Below are positions 11,221 through 20,781 of a stretch of DNA of 64,000 nt, piece by piece. The stretch comes from Alphaproteobacteria bacterium UBA830 (GTDB lineage Bacteria; Pseudomonadota; Alphaproteobacteria; MPNO01; UBA830), in the NCBI GenBank assembly GCA_905181725.1, contig CAJIYX010000052.1, forward strand, positions 12,139 to 76,138, given 5' to 3'. Position 1 is the first letter of the stretch, and every line of letters begins with the position of its first letter. The notes beneath the pieces are model-generated. The model ran no database searches. It was not told the DNA's origin and worked only from the letters and a program-made list of their open reading frames with translations. The position numbers were made by a program, and so were the translations under genes.

Positions 11221-12219
11221 TTATAACCAGTCGGGCGCGGGCAGATTTTTCTCTTTGAGAAAAGCCGGGTTGAACAGTTTCGACTGATAGCGCTGGCCGC
11301 CGTCGCACAGGATGGTGACGATGGTGTGGCCGGGGCCAAGTTCCCTGGCCAGCCGGATGGCGCCGGCGACGTTGATGCCGGACGAGCCGCCAAGGCACAG
11401 GCCTTCGTCTTGCAGCAGGTCGAAGACGATTGGCAGGGCTTCTTCATCCGGAATCTGGAAGGGCAGGTCGACCTTGGCCTGGGCCACATTGCCGGTGATA
11501 CGTCCCTGTCCGATGCCTTCGGTGATGGAACTGCCCTCGCTCGCCAGTTCGCCCGTCTTGTAATAGCTGTACATCGCTGCACCCATGGGGTCGGCAAGGC
11601 CGATTTTTACATCCTGGTTCTGTTTTTTCAGATAGGTCGATATCCCGGCCAGGGTGCCGCCCGTGCCCATGGCACAGATAAACCCGTCCACCTTGCCGTC
11701 GGTCTGTGCCCAGATCTCCGGGCCGGTCGACTGGTAGTGGCCCTGCCAGTTGGCCGGGTTATCCCACTGGTTTGCCCACAGCGCGCCGTTGGGTTCTTTG
11801 ACCGCGTATTCGGCCGCCACGCGCTCGGACTGGCGGACATAGTTTTCGGGGTCTTTATAGGGTTTCGCCGGGACCGCTATTAACTCCGCGCCGCAGAGCC
11901 GCAGCATATCCATTTTTTCCTGGCTCTGTGTTTCAGGGATCACAATCACCGTGCGGTAGCCGCGGGCATTTGCAACCAGTGCGAGGCCGATCCCGGTATT
12001 GCCCGCGGTGCCTTCGACGATCACACCGCCCGGCTGCAGCGTGCCCTGGCGTTCGGCATCAAGGATCATATACAGCGCTGCGCGGTCTTTTACCGAGCCG
12101 CCGGGGTTGAGGAACTCCGCCTTGCCCAGAATAGTGCAGCCAGTCAGTTCGGATGCCTTTTTCAGTTTGATCAGCGGCGTATTCCCGATCGATCCTGAAA
12201 AACCGTCACGGATATCCAT
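11221..12219 (-). CDS. cysK: cysteine synthase (PLP-dependent, CysK-like)
   Basis: 332 aa, PLP-lysine motif GGSVKDRAA and TAGNTG. Immediately downstream of cysE in the same orientation. Confidence 0.8.
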   Translation of the reverse strand: MDIRDGFSGSIGNTPLIKLKKASELTGCTILGKAEFLNPGGSVKDRAALYMILDAERQGTLQPGGVIVEGTAGNTGIGLALVANARGYRTVIVIPETQSQEKMDMLRLCGAELIAVPAKPYKDPENYVRQSERVAAEYAVKEPNGALWANQWDNPANWQGHYQSTGPEIWAQTDGKVDGFICAMGTGGTLAGISTYLKKQNQDVKIGLADPMGAAMYSYYKTGELASEGSSITEGIGQGRITGNVAQAKVDLPFQIPDEEALPIVFDLLQDEGLCLGGSSGINVAGAIRLARELGPGHTIVTILCDGGQRYQSKLFNPAFLKEKNLPAPDWL

Positions 12220-12268
12220 AGCAGTGCGTCCTTGGAAAGTTTGTATGCGTTCAGCGCGCGTCGCCGAT

Positions 12269-12982
12269 TCAGGGATCGTCGGTAATGACGTCTGGTGCCG
12301 GTGCCGGTGCCGGTGTCGGTGTCGTGTCGGTTAGGTCATCGAGCCGTGTCCGCAGGTTCTGTATTTCGCCCATCATGCCTTCCAGCACCTTGGCGACCGG
12401 ATCCGACAGATCGCCATAGGGAATGCCGTAAGCGGCGAATTCGTCATTTGTGCCCGAGCGGTCCCGGGGCATTACCTGGCGGGCCGGGATGCCGACCATG
12501 GTGACCCCGGGCGGAACGTCCGACAGCACCACGGCATTCGCGCCGATCAGTGCCTTTTCGCCCACCGTGACCGGGCCAAGGACTTGTGCACCGGATCCGA
12601 CAACGACACAGTCGCCGATGGTCGGGTGGCGTTTTTCCTGTTTGAGCGAAACGCCGCCAAGCGTGACGCCATGATACAGCGTGACGTCGTTGCCGACCTC
12701 CGCCGTCTCGCCGATCACCAGGCCCATACCGTGATCGATGAACACCCGGCGGCCGATTTTGGCGGCAGGATGAATTTCGATCCCGGTGAACATGCGCCCA
12801 AGCTGGGATGCAAACCGCCCGACGAATTTCAGGCCCGATGTCCAGGCCATATGCGCCGCGCGGTGAAACAGCAGCGCGTGAAACCCCGGATAGCAGAAAA
12901 ACACTTCAGCACGGGACCGCGCCGCCGGGTCTTTCTCCATGATGATGCGGATGTCTTCGCCGATCCGCCCGAATACCGCCAT
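12269..12982 (-). CDS. cysE: serine O-acetyltransferase
   Basis: [23 protein letters not shown]..., hexapeptide repeats, RBS GAGG 8 nt upstream of ATG at 12982. The C-terminal tail ...[19 protein letters not shown] is encoded by a hexanucleotide repeat. Confidence 0.85.
   Translation of the reverse strand: MAVFGRIGEDIRIIMEKDPAARSRAEVFFCYPGFHALLFHRAAHMAWTSGLKFVGRFASQLGRMFTGIEIHPAAKIGRRVFIDHGMGLVIGETAEVGNDVTLYHGVTLGGVSLKQEKRHPTIGDCVVVGSGAQVLGPVTVGEKALIGANAVVLSDVPPGVTMVGIPARQVMPRDRSGTNDEFAAYGIPYGDLSDPVAKVLEGMMGEIQNLRTRLDDLTDTTPTPAPAPAPDVITDDP
12294..12323. repeat. hexanucleotide microsatellite (GGTGCC)3(GGTGTC)2 within the cysE 3' end
   Basis: Direct reading of ggtgccggtgccggtgccggtgtcggtgtcg. 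In frame, encodes the PAPAPA/TPTP tail. Confidence 0.9.
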
Positions 12983-13147
12983 AAAACCGCCTCGTCCCAA
13001 TTCACATACCTTCGACATGGCCCCTGGGGGCACAAGCGTCAATGTGCATAAATAAAAAAGATATTTCCGTTATTTGCCTAACGGCGCGAAAAAGGAGCGA
13101 TTATTCGTGCGATGTTCCTATGAGTAGGACAATTTTGCGCTGAATTC

Positions 13148-13636
13148 CTATTTCAGGTGGTTCGCTTCGACGTCGCGGAGCAGCCCCTGGGCAGCGGCCT
13201 CGATCATGTCGAATACCCGCGCGAAGCCGTCGCCCGCCCCGTAATAGGGATCCGGCACGTCCGTAATGCCGGTTTCGGGCGCGTAATCCATCAACAGGCG
13301 CAGACGGTCGAGATGGGCGGTGGGACAGCTGGCACGCAGGCTGTGAAGATGGCTTGAATCCATCGCGACGATCAGGTCGAAATCGCGAAAATCGTCTCCG
13401 CGCACCGAGCGCGCCTGCTGGCCGCTGATATCGATGCCGCGGGATAAAGCGGTTTTCTGGGATCGCCCGTCCGGCGCTTCGCCCGCGTGCCAGGAGCCCG
13501 TCCCGGCCGAATCTACGCTGATGCGGTCATCCAGTTTTTGCGATTGGACCAGATGCAGAAAAACGCCTTCGGCGGTGGGGGACCGGCAGATATTCCCGGT
13601 GCAGACGAACAGGATCCGAATCTGGTTGGGCAACAC
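13148..13636 (-). CDS. low-molecular-weight protein-tyrosine phosphatase / arsenate reductase family
   Basis: VLPNQIRILFVCTGNICRSPTAEGV... carries the CX5R(S) P-loop. GTG start at 13636 with GAGG upstream. The 495-aa track ORF is a spurious upstream extension overlapping the divergent UDG gene. Confidence 0.8.
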   Translation of the reverse strand: MLPNQIRILFVCTGNICRSPTAEGVFLHLVQSQKLDDRISVDSAGTGSWHAGEAPDGRSQKTALSRGIDISGQQARSVRGDDFRDFDLIVAMDSSHLHSLRASCPTAHLDRLRLLMDYAPETGITDVPDPYYGAGDGFARVFDMIEAAAQGLLRDVEANHLK

Positions 13637-13676
13637 GCGATAGCCTCGATTGGTTGATAGGGCGTATACTACACGT

Positions 13677-13714
13677 TTCCAGCCCCGAAAGTTCCAGCCC
13701 CGAAAGTTCCAGCC
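13677..13714. repeat. 15-bp tandem direct repeat (ccagccccgaaagtt x2.4) in a divergent intergenic region
   Basis: ttccagccccgaaagttccagccccgaaagttccagcc lies between the divergently transcribed LMW-PTP and UDG genes. Confidence 0.85.
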
Positions 13715-13726
13715 GGCCGGCTTGCG

Positions 13727-14314
13727 ATGACAGATACGATCGAAACGATTTTTCGCGATATCCGCGCCTGTACCCATTGCGCGGCGGATTTGCCCATGGG
13801 GCCGCGGCCTGTGGTGCGGGGCACGGCATCGGCGCGCGTGTGTATCATCGGTCAGGCGCCGGGCGTGCGGGTCCACCGCAGCGGGGTTCCGTGGGATGAC
13901 CCCAGCGGCAAACGCCTGCGTGGCTGGCTTGAGGTCGATGACGAGACTTTTTATGACGAAGACCGGTTCGCGATTATTCCGGTTGGATTTTGTTATCCGG
14001 GGACGATGGCAAACGGCGGTGATTATCCGCCGCGCAAGGAATGCGCTCCGCTCTGGCATGCGCCCGTGCTCAATGCGCTGAAAAACGTTGATCTGACCCT
14101 GCTGGTGGGCAGCTACGCCCAGGCCTATTACCTCGGGAAAAATCGCAAAAAGACGATGACCGAAACGGTGAGGTCGTGGCGCGACTACGGCCCCGATGTT
14201 CTGGTGACGCCGCATCCAAGCTGGCGGACAACGGGATGGCAGAAAAAGAACCCGTGGTTCGATGAAGAAATTCTGCCTGAGCTGCGCCGCAAGGTGAAAG
14301 CGCTGATCGCGTGA
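13727..14314 (+). CDS. uracil-DNA glycosylase superfamily protein (family 4/5-like)
   Basis: 195 aa, motif VCIIGQAPG and C-terminal HPS motif (TPHPSWR). Confidence 0.8.
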   Translation: MTDTIETIFRDIRACTHCAADLPMGPRPVVRGTASARVCIIGQAPGVRVHRSGVPWDDPSGKRLRGWLEVDDETFYDEDRFAIIPVGFCYPGTMANGGDYPPRKECAPLWHAPVLNALKNVDLTLLVGSYAQAYYLGKNRKKTMTETVRSWRDYGPDVLVTPHPSWRTTGWQKKNPWFDEEILPELRRKVKALIA

Positions 14315-15231
14315 AGCTACCCGCTGCCTATACCGCCCTGCCGCCCGCCAACCGCGCCGTAATCCTGATGGTGATGTCGGCGATATCCTATGCCCTGACC
14401 TATGCCACGATCCGGGAACTGACCGAGTCGTTCTCGGTGTATCAGCTCGTGCTCTTCCGGACCGGCATCGGGACGGCAGTGATGCTGCCCTGGGTTTTCC
14501 GGTCCGGGATTCGCGTCTTGCGGACATCGCGCTGGAAGCTCTATGGCGTGCGCGCGTTGGCGGTGTACACAGGTAATCTCTGCTGGTTCTACGCCCTCGC
14601 CGAAATGGCCCTTGCAGACGCGACGGCGCTATCATTCCTGATGCCCGTGTTTGCTGCCCTGATATTGGCCTTCTGGATGCGCGAGCAACTCAACGGCGCA
14701 CGACTGGTGGCGCTGTTTCTCGGCCTGGCCGGCGCGTTCGTGGTTATCCGCCCGGGCTTTACCGAGGTCGGGCTTGCAACGCTTTCCATGCTGTATGCGA
14801 CCATCGTTTATGGGGGTGCAATGGCGGTGACCCGCGTGCTGGCCAAGACTGAGGATTCGAACGCCGTTGTTTTTTACATGTTCGCGCTCAACCTACCGCT
14901 GGCATTCGGCCCCGGCGTATATCACTGGACGACCCCATCGCCATCGCTTTGGCTGCTGATCGTGGTTTTCGCGATACTCAGCCTGTATTCGCAGATATTC
15001 ATGACGCGGTCTCTGGCGCTTGCCGAAGCCGCAGTGGTTATGCCGAGTTTCTATCTTCAGCTGCCGATTGCGGCGTTGTTCGGGTTCTTTCTGTTCGGAC
15101 AGGTGCCGGATATCTGGTTGATTCCTGGTGCGATATTAATAATTGGCGGAAGCTACTATTCGGTCTGGAGCGAAAGCAGGCGGCGTCGTCTTGCCGCAGA
15201 AGCGGCCGTGGCGCAGGAAGGTGGCGCATGA
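14311..15231 (+). CDS. EamA/DMT family transporter
   Basis: 306 aa, 10-TM profile with duplicated EamA domains. Confidence 0.8.
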   Translation: MKLPAAYTALPPANRAVILMVMSAISYALTYATIRELTESFSVYQLVLFRTGIGTAVMLPWVFRSGIRVLRTSRWKLYGVRALAVYTGNLCWFYALAEMALADATALSFLMPVFAALILAFWMREQLNGARLVALFLGLAGAFVVIRPGFTEVGLATLSMLYATIVYGGAMAVTRVLAKTEDSNAVVFYMFALNLPLAFGPGVYHWTTPSPSLWLLIVVFAILSLYSQIFMTRSLALAEAAVVMPSFYLQLPIAALFGFFLFGQVPDIWLIPGAILIIGGSYYSVWSESRRRRLAAEAAVAQEGGA

Positions 15232-16106
15232 GTGCACAGGATCGCGCACCCGCAGCGGGCGCGCTTGTCGGGTTAATGTGGATGACCGGGACGGCCGCCT
15301 GTTATGCGGCAAGTTACGTTGCACTGCGCCTGCTGTCGGACGATATCGGTATTTACGAACTGACGTTTCTGCGCTCCGTCGTCGCATGTCTGTTTCTCGG
15401 CCCGTGGATACTGGCGACCCGGCCACGCGCGATGCGGGTGACGCGCTGGAAGCTCTATAGCGTCCGGTCTGCCGTGACCTACGCTGCCATGATGTGCACG
15501 GTCTATGGCGTCGTCCATGTGCAGATCGCCGATGTAACATCGCTGCTCCTGGCGTCGCCTCTGTTCACTGTTTTGTTTGCCGCCGTATTTCTGAAAGAAA
15601 AAGTCGGCTTTCATCGCTGGATGGCCCTGCTTGCCGGGATCGCAGGCGCATTGCTCATCATCCGGCCCGGATTTACCGAAATCACTTTTGCCAGCTTTGC
15701 CGGGCTGTTGGCAGCCTTCGGCTACGGTATGTCCAATGCGGGCACCAAGGCGCTGACGGCGACGGATCATCCCGATGCCGTTGCGTTCTGGATGTACGCA
15801 TTGATCATCCCGATCTCCGCGATACCGGCGGCCGTTCACTGGACGACCCCGGGCTGGAACCACATACCGCTGATCGTTCTGCTCGGTCTGCTGACGATGC
15901 TATCGCAATATTCCATGGCGCGGGCGTTTCGCGCGGCGGATACCAGTGTTGTGCTGCCGGCGCATTATCTGCAGATGCCGTTTGCCGCGGGGCTCGCGTT
16001 TCTGATTCTGTCGCAGGTGCCGTCGGTCTGGGTGTGGCCGGGTGCGGCCATCATCGCGGGCAGTGCCTATTACACCGTGATCCGGGAGCGCCGGAACGCC
16101 TCCTGA
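15228..16106 (+). CDS. EamA/DMT family transporter
   Basis: ATG at 15228 overlaps the upstream TGA (ATGA). MSAQDRAPAAGALVGLMWMTGTAACYAASYV.... The 385-aa track ORF from 14949 is an out-of-frame over-extension. Confidence 0.8.
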   Translation: MSAQDRAPAAGALVGLMWMTGTAACYAASYVALRLLSDDIGIYELTFLRSVVACLFLGPWILATRPRAMRVTRWKLYSVRSAVTYAAMMCTVYGVVHVQIADVTSLLLASPLFTVLFAAVFLKEKVGFHRWMALLAGIAGALLIIRPGFTEITFASFAGLLAAFGYGMSNAGTKALTATDHPDAVAFWMYALIIPISAIPAAVHWTTPGWNHIPLIVLLGLLTMLSQYSMARAFRAADTSVVLPAHYLQMPFAAGLAFLILSQVPSVWVWPGAAIIAGSAYYTVIRERRNAS

Positions 16107-16174
16107 CAGCTTGCGTTCCGACATACCTGCGAACAGGGGTTGTAAATTTATCATTTAAGTAAAAACTTAAATAT

Positions 16175-16511
16175 ATGAACACAACAGCAATCACCCCCGA
16201 TGTTTTCGAGCCCGACATTTTTCAGGCCGTCGCCGATCCGAACCGGCGCACGCTCCTTGATCTGTTGCTGGAAGGTCCCCGGCCCGTGCAGGAACTCGGC
16301 GCGCATTTCGATATCTCCCTCGCCGCCGTCTCCCAGCATCTGAAGGTCCTGCTCCAAGCAGGCCTAGTTTCCCGCGAGGCGTGCGGCAAGTACCCGGTAC
16401 TACCGCGCCCAGCCGGCCGCCCTTCAACAGGTCCATGACTGGACCGAACAATACCGGGAATTCTGGGAAGGCCGTCTCGATCTTCGGCTGACTCATGCGT
16501 CATCATGGTGA
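16175..16511 (+). pseudogene. ArsR/SmtB family transcriptional regulator with +1 frameshift near 16370-16380
   Basis: Frame 1 holds the HTH ADPNRRTLLDLLLEGPRPVQELGAHFDISLAAVSQHLKVLLQAGLVS, then junk to a stop at 16438. The next frame reads ARRAASTRYYRAQPAALQQVHDWTEQYREFWEGRLDLRL, the canonical ArsR C-terminus, ending at TGA 16509-16511. Confidence 0.6.
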
Positions 16512-16555
16512 GAGCGCGGCTCTCATTTGTTTTTACATGACGATGGAGATCGAAA

Positions 16556-16879
16556 ATGCAGTATATCGCCCTGATTTATAAAGATGAGGCCATCCCGGTG
16601 GATATGGGGCCGATGATGTAGGCCTATGGCGCCTTCAATCAGGAACTTGTCGCGTCCGGCAGTTTTGTCGCCGGCGACGCGCTTCAAGCGGTGGCAACAT
16701 CGACCAGCGTACGCGTTCGCGCCGGCAAGACGGAGGTAACCGACGGCCCCCTCGCCGAAACCAAGGAACAACTCGGCGGCTACTATCTGATGGAATGCGA
16801 AAATCTCGACCAAGCGGTCGAATGGGCGGCCAAGATCCCGACCGCGCAGACCGGAACGATCGAGTCCGTCCCATCATGA
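16556..16879 (+). pseudogene. YciI-like (DGPF domain) protein interrupted by in-frame TAG at 16619-16621
   Basis: MQYIALIYKDEAIPVDMGPMM, TAG, then AYGAFNQELVASGSFVAGDALQ...TDGPLAETKEQLGGYYLMECENLDQAVEWAAKIP, all in one frame. Confidence 0.7.
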
Positions 16880-16882
16880 CAT

Positions 16883-18202
16883 ATGACCTCTGAGCCGATC
16901 ACAGAGCATTCTGTCGATACATATCTGACCGGTATCTTCCGTGAAGATGCCGGCCGGGTGCTGTCTGCGCTGATCGCGCAGCTGCGGGATTTCGATCTTG
17001 CAGAAGACGCGCTGCAGGATGCGGTCTCCGCCGCGCTGACCGCGTGGCGTCGGGACGGGTTGCCCGTTAACAGGGCCGCCTGGTTACTCACGGCAGCGCG
17101 GCGAAAGGCAATCGACCGGCTGCGCCGCAATGCCGTGCGCGACGCACCCCAGAATGTTTAGGCGATCGTCGACGAGCTGGAGTAATCCGTGGCCGAACCA
17201 GAAGCCGACCAGGAAATTCCCGATGAACGCCTCCGGCTGATTTTTACCTACTGTAATCCAGCGCTCAATCAGGCGGCACAGGTAGCACTCACGCTGCGGA
17301 CCCTGTGCGGCCTGTCGACGCGTGAAATTGCGCGGGCGTTTCTGGTGCCGGAACCGGCGATGGCCCAACGGCTGGTCCGGGCAAAGGGCAAGATCAGCAA
17401 AGCCGGGATCCCTTATAAGGTCCCCTAGGCACCGCAGCTGGCGGAACGCCTGCACGCCGTTCTGGCGACCGTCTATCTGATCTTCAATGAAGGCTACGCG
17501 GCGACGGACGGGGATAGTCCCGTCAGGGCGGATCTGTGCGAGGAAGCTATCCGCCTTGGTCGACTGCTTGTGCGACTGGCGCCGGAGGCCGAAGTGGGCG
17601 GCCTGCTGGCCCTGATGCTGTTGCACGATTCCCGCCGCACCGCCTGTCACAGCACCGAAGGCGAAATGATCGCCCTGGATGCGCAGGATCGCCGGCTCTG
17701 GAACGAATCCAGGATTGTGGAAGGGACCCATCTGCTTCGTGCGTCGCTCGGGCGGAACCGGCCCGGGCCCTATCAGGTGCAGGCTGCCATGAGCGCCTTG
17801 CATGCGGAAGCCGCCACGTTCGCCGAAACCGACTGGCCCCAGATCGCGGGACTCTACGCCGCGCTCGAACAAATGACGCCGTCCCCTGTCGTGACCCTGA
17901 ACCGAGCGGTTACCGTATCGCATTGCGGTTCCGTGGAAGAGGCATTGCAGATACTGGACTCTGTCGCGGAAGCACTTGCAGGCTATCAGCCTTTGTTGGC
18001 GGCAAGGGCGGATTTTCTGAGGCGGCTTGGCCGGGACGGGCCAGCGCAGAGCAGAGCAGAGCAGAGCAGAGCAGAGCAGAGCAGAGCAGAGCAGAGCAGA
18101 GCAGAGCAGAGGGCCTATCGCGCGGCGCTGGAACTGACGACGAATGCAGCGGAAAGAGGGTTCCTCGAGAAACAGCTCAAGACGCTGCGGCCGGGAGATT
18201 AA
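16883..18202 (+). pseudogene. RNA polymerase sigma-70 factor (ECF-like, DUF6596-type, SigJ-like) with three in-frame stops (TAG 17159, TAA 17183, TAG 17426)
   Basis: The three track ORFs (16883.., 17189.., 17570..) share one frame and together read region 2, ...DERLRLIFTYCNPAL..., ...VLATVYLIFNEGYAA..., and a C-terminal ...AYRAALELTTNAAERGFLEKQL typical of this family, which commonly neighbours YciI-like genes. Confidence 0.7.
18046..18110. repeat. pentanucleotide microsatellite (GCAGA)13 inside the sigma-factor coding region
   Basis: gcagagcaga... encodes (AEQSR)n on the + strand and (LLCSA)n on the antisense ORF. Confidence 0.95.
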
Positions 18203-18600
18203 TCGCCCGCATTGGCTACCAGCCGTTCCATGTCGTCGTCCGACAGGCCGAAATGGTGGCCGATTTCGTGAATCAACACATGGCGGACCAGCTGCGACAG
18301 GTCTTCCTCGGTCTCGCACCAGTAATCGAGCAGCGGGCGGCGATACAGGAAGATCATGTCCACCACGTGTGCCGCGCCCGCATCCTTTTCGCCAACCGGC
18401 ACACCGCTATACAGTCCCATCAGGTCGAACGGGCTTTGCAGGCCTATTTCCATCACCGTCTCCGGGTCCGGAAAGTCATCGACGCGAAACACAATGCCTG
18501 TCGTCAGCATCCGGAAGGTGTCGGGCAGGGTATCGAACGCCGTCCGTGCAATGGCCTCGATGTCGTCAAGCGACGGGGCGGTGGTAAATTCTCTGCTCAT
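18199..18600 (-). CDS. zincin-like metallopeptidase family protein (HExxH, ~130 aa)
   Basis: MSREFTTAPSLDDIEAIARTAFDTLP...HEIGHHFGLSDDDMERL. Confidence 0.6.
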   Translation of the reverse strand: MSREFTTAPSLDDIEAIARTAFDTLPDTFRMLTTGIVFRVDDFPDPETVMEIGLQSPFDLMGLYSGVPVGEKDAGAAHVVDMIFLYRRPLLDYWCETEEDLSQLVRHVLIHEIGHHFGLSDDDMERLVANAGD

Positions 18601-18674
18601 GGCGTCATGATTACCCGCCCTTGATCGTCCGGCCAAGGCGCATCACGTTACATCGGTCTTAAACAGGAGGTTTC

Positions 18675-18986
18675 ATGGTCGATAAACTCACCGGTGCCGC
18701 CCGCACCAAAGCACTGGCGGCGCTCAAAGGCTGGAAAAAAGTCCGGGGGCGTGATGCGCTCTCCAGGGATTACAGGTTTTCTGATTTCAACGAGGCTTTC
18801 GGCTTCATGACGCGGGTTGCGATCAAGGCGGATCAGATGGATCACCATCCCGAATGGTCGAATATCTATAACAACGTATCGATCACGCTGACCACGCATG
18901 ACGCCGGCGGAATATCGGCGCGTGATGTCGCGCTGGCGAAATTCATCGACCGGATCGCGGGGCGAAAGGCCGTTTCGGCGAAGTAG
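18675..18986 (+). CDS. 4a-hydroxytetrahydrobiopterin dehydratase (pterin-4-alpha-carbinolamine dehydratase)
   Basis: 103 aa, ...[26 protein letters not shown].... Confidence 0.85.
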   Translation: MVDKLTGAARTKALAALKGWKKVRGRDALSRDYRFSDFNEAFGFMTRVAIKADQMDHHPEWSNIYNNVSITLTTHDAGGISARDVALAKFIDRIAGRKAVSAK

Positions 18987-18995
18987 TCGGCCCGC

Positions 18996-19883
18996 TCAGG
19001 CCCTCTCCTTTTTCGCTTCATGCCGTGTGATGTAGAGCGTCGCGGAGACGATGATCCCGGCCCCGACCCACGTCCAGATATCGGGCACCTCGGTGAAGAT
19101 AAAATACCCGGCAAGGGCCGCGAACACGAGGCGGATATATTCCATCGTGCCCATCAGACTGGATTCGCCGACCGAAAACCCGCGCACGAAAAAATTCATG
19201 CCGATGGCCGTGAAGGTCGCGATCAGGCAAAGCAGCACCCATTCATGCGGTGTCGGGTCGACCCAGACATAGGCCGCCGGTGCGGCGAAGATGATTACGC
19301 CGAATATGTGGTACCAGAACAGGATGGTGCCCGGCGGATCGTCGCGGCCAAGAATGCGGATGATGATAAGCCCGGAGGAAAACAGCAGCGCGGTGACAAG
19401 TGCCACTCCCCAGGCGATATCGACCTCGCCACCGAACGGCCGCATCATCACGATCACGCCGGCAAACCCGATGAGCGTCGCGCACCAGCGGTGAAGTCCG
19501 ACGACTTCTTTCAGAATAAAGATTGCCAGGATCGTCAGGAAAAGGGGGCGCGTGAAGGTCATGGCCGTCGCATCCGCGAGCTGCAGATGAATGACCGTAT
19601 AGAAAATACCAGCCTGTCCCAATGTTGCCAGCACCGCGCGGATAAAATGCAGTTTCAGCCGCTTGGTGCGGAGTTTGACGCGACCCGTCCGTATAAATAG
19701 CGGGGCGAGCAGGATAAAACCGATGCCGTAGCGAAAGATCGACATCTGCGCCGGATGGATGCGGTCGCCGGTAAGCTTCACGACGATATCCGTCAGCACG
19801 AAGAACGCCGTACCCATGATCACGAACAGCGCGCCGCGGATATTCGGCGGCAGAGCATGGAATTTTTCGATATATCCGCTCAT
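18996..19883 (-). CDS. EamA/DMT family transporter
   Basis: 295 aa, 10-TM EamA duplication. First of four tandem paralogs. Confidence 0.8.
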   Translation of the reverse strand: MSGYIEKFHALPPNIRGALFVIMGTAFFVLTDIVVKLTGDRIHPAQMSIFRYGIGFILLAPLFIRTGRVKLRTKRLKLHFIRAVLATLGQAGIFYTVIHLQLADATAMTFTRPLFLTILAIFILKEVVGLHRWCATLIGFAGVIVMMRPFGGEVDIAWGVALVTALLFSSGLIIIRILGRDDPPGTILFWYHIFGVIIFAAPAAYVWVDPTPHEWVLLCLIATFTAIGMNFFVRGFSVGESSLMGTMEYIRLVFAALAGYFIFTEVPDIWTWVGAGIIVSATLYITRHEAKKERA

Positions 19884-19895
19884 GCGACCCGTTTC

Positions 19896-20780
19896 CTATT
19901 TCTTGCGGCCCTGGCGCGTCAACCAGACCGCGGAGATAAAGATGATCGTTCCGCCGATCCACGTCCAGACGTCTGGAAATTCAGCAAAAACCAGCCAACC
20001 AAGAAGTGCCGCCCATATCAGGCGGGTAAAATTGAACGGCATGGCGATGGAAATATCTGCGGCCTGAATACCCCGGTTATAGGTACGCTGCAGGATCACG
20101 CTCGTCGCGCCGATAAAGACGAATATCCCCCATTCCTCGAGGCTCGGCGTGCGCCAGACGATCAGGGTCGGGATCAGCAGGATCAGTGTCTGCGTGACGA
20201 ACAGCCAGGCGGCAATGGTATCCGGCGGATCGGTGCGGACCAGCGTCTTGATCATAATAGACACGAATGCGCCGGCGACCGCCGAGCCCAGCGCGTAGGC
20301 CATGCCCAGATTGAATTCAGCAAAGCCCGGCCGGACGACGAGGACGGCGCCGACGAAGCCCATGGAAATCGCCAACCAGCGTTTGCGCCCGGCCACTTCA
20401 CCCAGAACGAACCCGGCGATGGCGGCTCCGATCACCGGCTGCAGAAAATTGATCGCCGACATATCGGCAATCGGGATCAGCGCGACGGCGGCAAATAGCA
20501 GGGTAACATTGGTCGACGACATGAAACCGCGGATGACATGTTTGCCGATCTGCCTGGTGCGCATCGCGCCCAGTCCGACCTTCATCAGCCAGGGCATCAT
20601 GAACAGGATTGCGAAGGCGTTGCGCAGAAACGCGATCTGGAACACTTCGATGCTGGGCGCCATGTAGCGCCCGATCGCGATTGAAATCACATATGCGACC
20701 GCGGAGATCGACATCCAGACCCCGGACCGGACCGGGCCGGGCAGGGCAGCGAAACGTGCGGTCAGGGTAGCGACGGTCAT
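19896..20780 (-). CDS. EamA/DMT family transporter
   Basis: 294 aa. Confidence 0.8.
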   Translation of the reverse strand: MTVATLTARFAALPGPVRSGVWMSISAVAYVISIAIGRYMAPSIEVFQIAFLRNAFAILFMMPWLMKVGLGAMRTRQIGKHVIRGFMSSTNVTLLFAAVALIPIADMSAINFLQPVIGAAIAGFVLGEVAGRKRWLAISMGFVGAVLVVRPGFAEFNLGMAYALGSAVAGAFVSIMIKTLVRTDPPDTIAAWLFVTQTLILLIPTLIVWRTPSLEEWGIFVFIGATSVILQRTYNRGIQAADISIAMPFNFTRLIWAALLGWLVFAEFPDVWTWIGGTIIFISAVWLTRQGRKK

Positions 20781-20781
20781 G

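Noticed and set aside
13148-14635. 495-aa ORF on the minus strand
   Set aside because: Only the last ~160 codons are a real gene (LMW-PTP, GTG start 13636). The rest is an over-extension antisense to the UDG and EamA genes, producing an Arg/Pro-rich high-GC artefact.
14949-16106. 385-aa plus-strand ORF
   Set aside because: Over-extended. The true EamA gene starts at ATG 15228 overlapping the upstream stop, and the extension is out of register with the upstream EamA gene.
17084-18319. 411-aa minus-strand ORF containing LLCSALLCSAL repeats
   Set aside because: Antisense shadow of the sigma-factor gene. The repeat is just the reverse reading of the (GCAGA)n microsatellite.
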